From: Synechococcus sp. A15-24
GTDB taxonomy: Bacteria > Cyanobacteriota > Cyanobacteriia > PCC-6307 > Cyanobiaceae
Length of the DNA: 32,000 nucleotides
NCBI RefSeq assembly: GCF_014280195.1
Contig: NZ_CP047960.1
Coordinates: 2,130,001-2,162,000 of the forward strand
Direction of reading: 5' to 3'
Both the position numbers and the translations under genes were made by a program. The notes under the pieces are model-generated. The model made no database searches. It was given only the letters and a program-made list of their open reading frames with translations, and was not told the DNA's origin. Of this stretch, positions 7,530 through 15,167 are shown one piece after another (the first letter of the stretch is position 1; each line of letters starts with the position of its first letter).

Positions 7530-8891
7530 TCAGGCCGCACCAAGCCCCAGGAAAAAACGGCCGATGAACAACAGGCTGAAGCCACTGAAAAACACCAGCC
7601 CGAACCAGCAGAAGGCCCGGGTCAGCGGGCCGAAGCGATGCTCCTCCGGCACCAGGCTGCTGTTGATGGTGTCCATCGCCATCCAGGCGAACAGGGGGGC
7701 CGTAAGAAAACTGCCGGTCATCGCGCCGAAGACGAAATCCTTCACACCGATGCCGCCGCCTTTGGCCACCACAAGCGCCACCACTGCCGCCAGCAGATGC
7801 ACCACCACCCAGAGATCGAAGCGGCGCTGCAACGGCCCTGGTGCAGCATCACCACTGTCGCTCTGGCGTAGCAGACCCTGGATCGCCGCAATGCTGCGGG
7901 GATAGGCATCCAGACAGGTGAGCGTGGTGCTGAACATGGCTGAAAACGCCGCAGGGATGATCACCCAGGCCGCCCAGCCTCCCATCGCAGCGGTATAGAG
8001 CTTGATCAGCTTCTGGGCGAAGGACACTCCGCTGCCGGCAAGCATTCCGTCGCCGCTGCCATACATCGTGTAGGAGCCAAGGATCACAAAGAACAGCGCC
8101 GTCAGCACCGTGATGCAGTAGCCGAGGTTGAAGTCGAATTCAGCCTCCTTTGGCGTCGCCGTGTGTTCGGTGTCCCGGGCTCGAGAGAACATCCACAGCG
8201 ACGGCCAGACGCACATCTCCACCGGCCCCGGCATCCAGCCCATCAAAGGGATCAGGAACGCAAGGTTGGCCAGGGTCCAGGGGGTGGGATCGGTGGACAC
8301 CCAACTGGCGGCCACATCTCCGACCGGACCGCGGATCAACAGGGAGGCCGCCGCCACCCCCGTGAGCAGGGTGAGCAACACCACCAAGAGCTTTGACAGA
8401 CGATCAAGTGCCCGGTAATGACCGAGCAGCAGCACCAGACCGCAGACCACCAGCACCGCGATCGACAGGCCATAGGGGTCCTGCCCCGTCAGGCCCGGGA
8501 CATTGGTGAGCAGTAGCCCTGCCACGAAGCTGACCGCCGCAATCGTCGCCGTGCCCGTCATCAGACTCACCAGCAGATACAGGGGCAGATAGGCGGTATT
8601 GCGCCGCTGAAAGCCCTCCAACAGCGACAGGCCTGTGGCGGCCGTAAAGCGGGTTCCAACCCGCAGAAAGGGGTACTTCACCAGGTTGGTGAGCAGGATC
8701 AAACCCACCAGGGCAAAGCCGAAGCGTGCCCCGGCCGTGGTGGACGACATCAGGTGGGATCCCCCGATGCAGGCACCGGCCAGAAGGATTCCCGGACCGA
8801 TACTCCGACGCAGGGAGCTGGAGGCCATCAGTGGCTTGCAACTGGCGTCATCCTCCAGCGTCACCGGTCTGAACAACCTTCTTAGAGTCAT
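7530..8891 (-). CDS. NRAMP-fold (MntH-related) membrane transporter with a non-canonical metal site
   Basis: ORF track 7530..8936. ATG candidates are at 8891 (MTLRRLF) and 8828 (MASSSLRR). The protein is polytopic. SIGPGILLAGACIGGSHLMSSTTAGARFG aligns by eye with the E. coli MntH TM1 segment [27 protein letters not shown], and GWMPGP aligns with the TM6 MPH motif. Confidence 0.8.
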   Translation of the reverse strand: MTLRRLFRPVTLEDDASCKPLMASSSLRRSIGPGILLAGACIGGSHLMSSTTAGARFGFALVGLILLTNLVKYPFLRVGTRFTAATGLSLLEGFQRRNTAYLPLYLLVSLMTGTATIAAVSFVAGLLLTNVPGLTGQDPYGLSIAVLVVCGLVLLLGHYRALDRLSKLLVVLLTLLTGVAAASLLIRGPVGDVAASWVSTDPTPWTLANLAFLIPLMGWMPGPVEMCVWPSLWMFSRARDTEHTATPKEAEFDFNLGYCITVLTALFFVILGSYTMYGSGDGMLAGSGVSFAQKLIKLYTAAMGGWAAWVIIPAAFSAMFSTTLTCLDAYPRSIAAIQGLLRQSDSGDAAPGPLQRRFDLWVVVHLLAAVVALVVAKGGGIGVKDFVFGAMTGSFLTAPLFAWMAMDTINSSLVPEEHRFGPLTRAFCWFGLVFFSGFSLLFIGRFFLGLGAA

Positions 8892-8911
8892 GCTCACTTC
8901 ATGAACGCCCC

Positions 8912-10660
8912 ATGGTCGTCGCTGCCGCTGCACCAAAGCTGTCGCTGCAGTGCGAAACCATCGCCGGTGATACGAGCACGATCCGTTCGCTCGACTGGGA
9001 TCGCAGCCGCTTCGACATCGAGTTCGGGCTGCGCAACGGCACCACCTACAACGCCTTTCTGGTGCGGGGTGAACGCACCGCCCTGATTGACACCAGCCAC
9101 GCCAAGTTCCGCGACACCTGGATTCCTCTGCTGAAGGAGCAGATCGAGCCCACAGCCATCGATGTGCTGATTGTGAGCCACACCGAACCGGATCACTCAG
9201 GATTGATCGGCGACCTGATCGACCTCAACCCCGACGTTGAGATCGTCGGCTCGAAGGTGGCGCTGCAGTTCCTGCAGGATCAGGTGCACCGGCCCTTCAA
9301 GTCCCGCGCGGTGAAGTCCGGCGAGGAGCTGGATCTTGGAACCAACCCGGAGAGCGGCATCCAGCATCGCTTCGAATTCCTCAGTGCTCCGAACCTGCAC
9401 TGGCCGGACACGATCTTTTCCTTTGATCACGGCACCGGCATCCTCTACACCTGCGATGCCTTCGGCCTCCACTACTGCTCCGACGACGTCTTCGACAGTG
9501 ACCCGGGCGCCATCGCCCCGGACTTCCGCTTCTATTACGACTGCTTGATGGGGCCCAACGCCCGCAGCGTGTTGCAAGCCCTCAAACGCATGGGCGGACT
9601 GCCGGAGATCAACACGATCGCCGTCGGCCATGGCCCCCTACTGCGCCACCACCTCAGCCACTGGGTGAATGACTATCGCGAGTGGAGTGGTCAACGCAGC
9701 AAGGGTGAGAGTTATGCAGCCGTCTGCTATCTGAGCCAATACGGCTTCTCAGACAGGATCAGCCAGGCCATCGCCCACGGAATCGGCAAGGCCGAAGCCC
9801 AGGTGCAGCTGGTGGACCTGCGCGCTACTGACCCACAGGAATTGACGGCGCTGATTGGAGATGCCAAAGCGGTGGTGGTGCCCACCTGGCCAGCGGAACC
9901 GGACTGGGAGCTGCAGGCATCCATCGGCACCCTGCTTGCAGCACTCCATCCAAAACAATTGGTAGGCGTTTTTGATGCCTTCGGCGGCAACGATGAGCCG
10001 ATTGACGCCGTGGCCGATCAGCTGCGCAGCCAGGGCCAGAAGCAGGCCTTCGCGCCGCTGCGCATCCGTCAGCTACCGCAGGGGAACGATTACCAGCGCT
10101 GCGAAGAATCCGGTACCGACCTCGGCCAGCTGCTGACCAAGGAGAAAGCCATCGCGGCAATGAAGAGCCTGGATGGAGATCTGGACAAGGCCCTTGGGCG
10201 GATCAGCGGCGGGTTGTACGTGGTGACAGCGAGCCAGGGCGAGGGGGAATCCCAGCGCCGCAGCGCCATGGTGGCCAGTTGGGTGAGCCAGGCCAGCTTT
10301 TCCCCACCGGGCCTCACGGTGGCGGTCGCCAAGGACAGGGCCATCGAAGCCCTGATGCAGGTAGGGGACCGCTTTGTGCTCAATGTGCTGCGGGAGGACA
10401 ACCACCAGCCGCTGCTGCGCCATTTCCTCAAGCGTTTTCCCCCTGGTGCTGATCGCTTTGCCGGCGTGAGCGTTCTGGAGGGGGTTGCGGATGGCGGCCC
10501 TGTGTTGACCGATGCCCTGGCCTACCTCGGTTGCCGGGTGGAGCAACGGATGGAAGGACCCGACCACTGGATCATCTACGCCGTGGTGGAGCAGGGCAAT
10601 GTGGCCGATGCCGAAGCCAGTACCGCCGTGCACCACCGCAAAGTGGGCAACCACTACTGA
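8912..10660 (+). CDS. flv3: flavodiiron protein, FlvB/Flv3 type (metallo-beta-lactamase-like diiron domain + flavodoxin-like domain + flavin-reductase domain)
   Basis: ATG 8912. TIRSLDWDRSRFDIEFGLRNGTTYNAFLV is the typical N-terminus. The canonical diiron ligand motif H-T-E-P-D-H lies at nt 9179-9196, followed by LHWPD, CDAFG and GHGP. The C-terminal flavin-reductase-like domain contains SAMVASWVSQASFSPPGLTVAVAKDR. Confidence 0.93.
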   Translation: MVVAAAAPKLSLQCETIAGDTSTIRSLDWDRSRFDIEFGLRNGTTYNAFLVRGERTALIDTSHAKFRDTWIPLLKEQIEPTAIDVLIVSHTEPDHSGLIGDLIDLNPDVEIVGSKVALQFLQDQVHRPFKSRAVKSGEELDLGTNPESGIQHRFEFLSAPNLHWPDTIFSFDHGTGILYTCDAFGLHYCSDDVFDSDPGAIAPDFRFYYDCLMGPNARSVLQALKRMGGLPEINTIAVGHGPLLRHHLSHWVNDYREWSGQRSKGESYAAVCYLSQYGFSDRISQAIAHGIGKAEAQVQLVDLRATDPQELTALIGDAKAVVVPTWPAEPDWELQASIGTLLAALHPKQLVGVFDAFGGNDEPIDAVADQLRSQGQKQAFAPLRIRQLPQGNDYQRCEESGTDLGQLLTKEKAIAAMKSLDGDLDKALGRISGGLYVVTASQGEGESQRRSAMVASWVSQASFSPPGLTVAVAKDRAIEALMQVGDRFVLNVLREDNHQPLLRHFLKRFPPGADRFAGVSVLEGVADGGPVLTDALAYLGCRVEQRMEGPDHWIIYAVVEQGNVADAEASTAVHHRKVGNHY

Positions 10661-12462
10661 TGAGCGTGACCAGCACCAGCACCGAGCGACGCACGCTTCA
10701 AATCCCGATCGACACCGGCGTGGTTGCTTTACGTGGGCTGAGCCCCCAACGCCATCGCTTCGAACTGGAATATGCCCTTGAACGCGGTAGCACCGCCAAC
10801 AGCGTGCTGTTTGCCGCCGGGGACGACCAACCCGCGGTTCTGGTGCATCCCCCCGGAGCGGCATACAGCGCTGTCTTCCTGCCGGCGCTGGCGAAGCTGC
10901 TGCCAGACGCCTCCCAACCTCTGCTGGTGGTCGTGGGACACGTCAACCCCAACCGGGTGGCGCTGCTGCGCAGCCTCGCTGAGACCTACCCAGGGCTGGA
11001 GCTGATCACCTCCAACGCTGGCGCCAAATTGCTGGAGGAACTCTGGACGCAGCGGAAGCCGTCCCCTCCTGGAGAAGAGCAGCAGCAACCGCCGTTGCCG
11101 GATCTGCCACCGCTGCGGGTGATTCGCCACGAGCAAACCCTGGTCATGGCCCAGGGCCGCAGCTTGCAGCTGATCGCCACACCGACACCCCGCTGGCCTG
11201 GCGGCCTGCTCGCGTTTGAGCAAACCCTGGGACTGCTGATCAGCGACAAGTTTTTCAGCGCCCATGTGTGCACGGAGGAGTGGGCCGAGACCAACCGCAC
11301 CAGCACGGAGGAAGAACGGCGCCACTTCTACGACTGCCTGATGGCACCGATGGCCCGTCAGGTGGAAGGGGTGGTGGAACGTCTGGAAGAGCTGGACATC
11401 CGCACCATTGCCCCGGGCCACGGACCTGCGATCGAAGCCAGCTGGCGCAGCCTGTTGAGTGATTACCGTCGCTGGGGAGAAGGCCAGCAGAACGCAAGCC
11501 TGAATGTGGCTCTGCTGTTTGCCAGCGCTTACGGCAACACCGCCGCTATCGCCGATGCCCTGGCCCAGGGTGTGAGCCGCACCGGCATCCGTGTGAATAG
11601 TCTCAACTGTGAGTTCACTCCAGCGGATGAACTGATCGGCACCATTCAGCAGTCCGATGCCGTTTTGATCGGATCACCCACCCTGGGGGGCCATGCACCC
11701 ACCCCGATCGTCTCGGCCCTGGGCACCCTTCTGGCTGAAGGCGATCGCGGCAAACCCGTTGGCGTGTTCGGCAGCTTCGGCTGGAGCGGTGAAGCCGTGG
11801 ACCTGCTGGAAACCAAGCTCCGCGATGGCGGCTTCAGCTTCGGATTCGAGCCGATCCGGGTGAAATTCAGCCCCGAAGCCACGAAAGTGAAGGAGCTCGA
11901 GGAAATCGGCACCCGCTTTGGTCGGCAGCTGCTGCAGGCTCAGAAAAAAGCGCAGCGGCGCAGTGCTGGCGGCCTCAGTGAAAGCCGAAGCGATCCGGCG
12001 GTTCTGGCCCTCGGCCGGGTCATCGGCTCCCTTTGTGTGCTCACCACCCGCAAAGGAGAGCTCAGCGGCGCCATGGTGGCGAGCTGGGTCAGCCAGGCCA
12101 GCTTCACTCCTCCGGGGATCACCGTGGCGGTGGCCAAGGACAGGGCCGTGGAAGCACTCCTTCACAAGGGCGACCGCTTTGCGCTGAACGTGTTGGCGGA
12201 AGGCCGTGAAACGGCTCAGATGAAGCAATTCCTGCAACCCTTCGCACCGGGTGCTGACCGCTTTGCCGGACTTGAGCTCCAGGAGAGCCCCGGCGATCAA
12301 CCGCTGTTGCCGGAGGCACTGGCGTGGCTGGAGGGCAGCGTGAAACAGCGCATGGAATGCGGCGACCACTGGCTGGTGTACGCGGAAGTGCTGCATGGAG
12401 GCCTGTTCGATCCAGCCGGATCAACCGCCGTGCACCAACGCCGCAGCGGGGCGAATTACTGA
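10660..12462 (+). CDS. flv1: flavodiiron protein, FlvA/Flv1 type (diiron ligands substituted)
   Basis: ORF track 10531..12462. ATG 10660 overlaps the flv3 stop by 1 nt (TGATG). The domain order matches flv3. The ligand motif reads H-V-N-P-N-R (nt 10939-10956), with PRWPGG and SDKFF replacing LHWPD and CDAFG. The C-terminal segment is GAMVASWVSQASFTPPGITVAVAKDR. Confidence 0.93.
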   Translation: MSVTSTSTERRTLQIPIDTGVVALRGLSPQRHRFELEYALERGSTANSVLFAAGDDQPAVLVHPPGAAYSAVFLPALAKLLPDASQPLLVVVGHVNPNRVALLRSLAETYPGLELITSNAGAKLLEELWTQRKPSPPGEEQQQPPLPDLPPLRVIRHEQTLVMAQGRSLQLIATPTPRWPGGLLAFEQTLGLLISDKFFSAHVCTEEWAETNRTSTEEERRHFYDCLMAPMARQVEGVVERLEELDIRTIAPGHGPAIEASWRSLLSDYRRWGEGQQNASLNVALLFASAYGNTAAIADALAQGVSRTGIRVNSLNCEFTPADELIGTIQQSDAVLIGSPTLGGHAPTPIVSALGTLLAEGDRGKPVGVFGSFGWSGEAVDLLETKLRDGGFSFGFEPIRVKFSPEATKVKELEEIGTRFGRQLLQAQKKAQRRSAGGLSESRSDPAVLALGRVIGSLCVLTTRKGELSGAMVASWVSQASFTPPGITVAVAKDRAVEALLHKGDRFALNVLAEGRETAQMKQFLQPFAPGADRFAGLELQESPGDQPLLPEALAWLEGSVKQRMECGDHWLVYAEVLHGGLFDPAGSTAVHQRRSGANY

Positions 12463-12541
12463 GCCCAAGCACACCGGAGCTCCAACTCATAATGAGTATG
12501 AGTAAGCGCTAAGTTGTGGACCGCTGAATTGATCAACAGCA

Positions 12542-13255
12542 ATGGATTTGTCCAAGCCCTCCACCCAGGCCAATCTCGAGGCCGCCTTCGGCGGGGAAAG
12601 CATGGCCAATCGCAAATATTTGTTCTTTGCCGATGTAGCCAAGAAACTCGGCCACAACGACCTCGCCAAGCTGTTTCGCGAGACCGCAGCCCAGGAAACC
12701 GAGCACGCCTTCGCCCATTTCCGTCTGCTCCACCCCGAGCTGGCGATTGAGAACGCCGATGACCTCAACGTTGAACAGAAGCAGGCGATGTTGAGTCGCT
12801 GCCTCGAACTCGCGATTGAAGGGGAAACCTACGAGTACACAACGATGTACCCGGAATTCGCTGCCCAGGCCCGTCAGGACCGAGACAGTGGAGCCGAAGC
12901 GGAGTTCGCTGAGCAAAGCAGCGAATCCATGGAGCATGCCGGCACCTTTCGAACCGCTGCCAAGAATTTCGGTCTTCTGACCCCGATCGAACAGCATCAC
13001 GCCGCAACCTATGGCGTCGCTCTCGAGGCACTCCAAGGCAAGGGAACGGCCGGCCAGATGGATCAACCCATTCCGGGCAAATGGATCTGCAAGGTCTGCT
13101 CAATGATCTATGACCCAACGGCTGGCGATCCCGATTCCGGCATTGCTCCTGGCACTGCCTTTGAACAGATTCCCGACGACTGGCATTGCCCGATCTGTGG
13201 TGCTCGCAAGGCCAGCTTTGTGCCTTACCGGGAAGCAGAACTCAAGGCGGCCTGA
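12542..13255 (+). CDS. rubrerythrin-like diiron four-helix protein fused to a C-terminal rubredoxin domain
   Basis: ATG 12542. The N-terminal [20 protein letters not shown]...[12 protein letters not shown]...[14 protein letters not shown]...ESMEHAGTF is rubrerythrin/ferritin-like. The C-terminal [47 protein letters not shown] (nt ~13079-13228) is a full rubredoxin signature with two CxxC pairs. Confidence 0.9.
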   Translation: MDLSKPSTQANLEAAFGGESMANRKYLFFADVAKKLGHNDLAKLFRETAAQETEHAFAHFRLLHPELAIENADDLNVEQKQAMLSRCLELAIEGETYEYTTMYPEFAAQARQDRDSGAEAEFAEQSSESMEHAGTFRTAAKNFGLLTPIEQHHAATYGVALEALQGKGTAGQMDQPIPGKWICKVCSMIYDPTAGDPDSGIAPGTAFEQIPDDWHCPICGARKASFVPYREAELKAA

Positions 13256-13286
13256 CAGGGGGCTGAATGGGGTTCGGAACGTGCGA

Positions 13287-14156
13287 TCAGTGGAAGATCA
13301 CCACGATGCAGAACGCCACGGCGAACCCCAGACCTCCCAGGATGCTGACGTAATCCTGGGTTTCCTCGTAGGCCTCAGGAATCACCGTCTGCAGGGTCAT
13401 GGCCAGCACACCACCCCCAGCGAAAGCCGTTGTGATCGCCTTGAAAGCAACTGGTGCGGAGGCCATCAGGACATGAGCCATCACGGCGGCAATCACGCAC
13501 AGCAGGACAACGACAGACCAGATTTGGAAAATCCGTGAAAGGCTGAATCCTGAGCGCCTTAATCCCGCGCCACTTGCCAAGCCCTCAGGGATGTTCGCGA
13601 CGGCGATAGCGGTTATCACAGACACGCTGACCAAGGGATTGTCGAGCAAAGAGACCCCGATGCTGATCGACTCAGGAATTCCATCCAAAGCCGCTCCAAA
13701 CAGCAACGCCATAGCTGTGGCATGTTCCCCTTGCTGCTCTTCAGTGAGATTGCCGACGCCACCACAGTTCGCCGAACATCGACGTTTGATGCCCAGCTCA
13801 CAAATCATTCGATTCAGAACCACGTAGCTGATCAAGCCCAGAAAGAAACCCGTCAGCGCCGGACCAATCCCTCCGAGATCTAGGGCGACCCGCATTAGGT
13901 CAAAACAAAGCAAGGAAATCAGCAGGCCACTGCTGAAGGCCAAAAACAAGGCGGTGACTCGCTTGGGCGGCAACAGCCGAGCCCCGAGGTAGGCCGCAAC
14001 CACAGCCGAAACCATGGCGACAAATGACCAGATCAGGGCATCAACGGCAGTACCGCCCTGAGTCAAGGAAGGATCGGCAGCTAGCAACAAGGGTTCTACG
14101 AACAACAAGTTAGTTTTCCTTTCCCACTGGGATGAAATAGCCAGAACAATCCGCAA
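13287..14156 (-). CDS. ZIP-family (ZupT-like) divalent metal transporter
   Basis: ORF track 13287..14156. The start codon at 14156 is TTG. In-frame TTGs at 14108 and 14105, preceded by AAGGAA, are alternative starts. ALLFGAALDGIPESISIGVSL and IAVANIPEGLASGAGL are ZIP signatures, and a Cys-rich loop reads CELGIKRRCSANCGG. GC looks lower than in the neighbours. Confidence 0.82.
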   Translation of the reverse strand: MRIVLAISSQWERKTNLLFVEPLLLAADPSLTQGGTAVDALIWSFVAMVSAVVAAYLGARLLPPKRVTALFLAFSSGLLISLLCFDLMRVALDLGGIGPALTGFFLGLISYVVLNRMICELGIKRRCSANCGGVGNLTEEQQGEHATAMALLFGAALDGIPESISIGVSLLDNPLVSVSVITAIAVANIPEGLASGAGLRRSGFSLSRIFQIWSVVVLLCVIAAVMAHVLMASAPVAFKAITTAFAGGGVLAMTLQTVIPEAYEETQDYVSILGGLGFAVAFCIVVIFH

Positions 14157-14186
14157 AGGCTCGGAATCCTGCGGTGATGTTCGGAA

Positions 14187-14546
14187 TCAGGCGCTCGAGG
14201 AATCGTCACCTAATCGGGATGCCTGTTCACCCCATTCATGGAGGCCATCCAGCACAGGCAACAGGTCTCGCCCGAGCGTGGTCAAGGTGTAGTCCACACG
14301 GGGCGGCACCTCCGGATGAATGGTGCGGGCCAGAACGCCATCCACTTCCAAATCGCGCAATTGATCGGTGAGCACCTTCTGGCTGATGCCATCGAGCGCA
14401 CGCTGCAAATCAGAGAAACGCCGCGTGCCCTCCGCCAGCTCCCGCAGCACCAACAACTTCCAGCGGCCCTTGATCACCCGCAGGGCCAACTCAGCCTTGC
14501 AATCACCATCACTCTGTCCGTCCTGAAATCCCCTGTGCTCCGCCAA
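14187..14546 (-). CDS. HxlR-family winged-helix transcriptional regulator
   Basis: CKAELALRVIKGRWKLLVLRELAEGTRRFSDLQRALDGISQKVLTDQLRDLEVDGVLARTIHPEVPPRVDYTLTTLG is the HxlR signature. The start is TTG 14546, with AAGGTGA 3 nt upstream on the coding strand. Confidence 0.88.
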   Translation of the reverse strand: MAEHRGFQDGQSDGDCKAELALRVIKGRWKLLVLRELAEGTRRFSDLQRALDGISQKVLTDQLRDLEVDGVLARTIHPEVPPRVDYTLTTLGRDLLPVLDGLHEWGEQASRLGDDSSSA

Positions 14547-14564
14547 AGGTCACCTTCAGGTCAC
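14547..14564. promoter_or_regulatory. direct repeat AGGTCAC-N4-AGGTCAC in the HxlR / FMN-reductase divergent region
   Basis: AGGTCAC occurs at 14547-14553 and 14558-14564, an 11-bp period. On the minus strand it reads GTGACCTGAAGGTGACCT directly before the HxlR TTG start, so one copy may simply be the ribosome-binding site. Confidence 0.25.
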
Positions 14565-14638
14565 TCCCCCACTTTGACGTGCGTTCTTGTGCGGAGGCAT
14601 CGAACTGCAGACAATTAGTTCAGACGCTTCGCAACGGG

Positions 14639-15163
14639 ATGGCCCCGTCCGCTCCAGATCTCCTGGTCCTGGCTGCCAGTAATGGCGAAAACCTGAAACT
14701 GGCCCAGCGCTTCGTGGCGGCTGCCGAACAACGTCAGCAACGGGCAGACCTGCTCGATCTCACCCGGTTGGATCTCCCCCTGTTCACCCCAAGGGCCGAA
14801 CAGAAGGAACGCAATCCACCCTTGATCAAGCTTGAACAGCAGTTGCAGCAGGCACCCCGTTGGGTGATCTGCGCCCCGGAATACAACGGCTCCATTCCGC
14901 CGGTGCTCAGCAACGCGATCGCCTGGCTGTCGGTGCAGGGGGACGACTTCCGCGACCTGTTCAACGGCCGCCCGATCGCCATGGCGACGGTGTCCGGCAG
15001 TGGCGGCATGGAACTGCTGGTGTCCCTGCGAATTCAGCTCACCCATCTGGGTGCGCAGGTGGTGGGCCGCCAGCTGCTCGGCAACAAGTCCAAACCACCC
15101 GAAGACGAGACGATCAACGACCTGATCCATCGCCTGCTTCAACTCCAACCTCTCGCTCTCTGA
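14639..15163 (+). CDS. NAD(P)H-dependent FMN reductase family (flavodoxin-like fold) oxidoreductase
   Basis: ORF track 14579..15163; ATG 14639 gives MAPSAPDLLVLAASNGENLKLA. VICAPEYNGSIPPVLSNAIAWLS is the family motif. The gene is divergent from the HxlR gene. Confidence 0.8.
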   Translation: MAPSAPDLLVLAASNGENLKLAQRFVAAAEQRQQRADLLDLTRLDLPLFTPRAEQKERNPPLIKLEQQLQQAPRWVICAPEYNGSIPPVLSNAIAWLSVQGDDFRDLFNGRPIAMATVSGSGGMELLVSLRIQLTHLGAQVVGRQLLGNKSKPPEDETINDLIHRLLQLQPLAL

Positions 15164-15167
15164 ACCG

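Noticed and set aside
7513-8904. Plus-strand ORFs 7513..7905, 7524..7871, 8128..8418 and 8635..8904
   Set aside because: They lie antisense to the polytopic NRAMP-like transporter gene, and their products are non-protein-like.
9197-12396. Minus-strand ORFs opposite flv3/flv1 (for example 10073..10864, 10729..11421, 11674..12396)
   Set aside because: These are antisense shadows of two unambiguous flavodiiron genes.
13110-14618. Plus-strand ORFs 13110..13538, 13591..13827, 14174..14371 and 14238..14618
   Set aside because: They are antisense to, or overlap, the ZIP and HxlR genes, both of which have clear family motifs.
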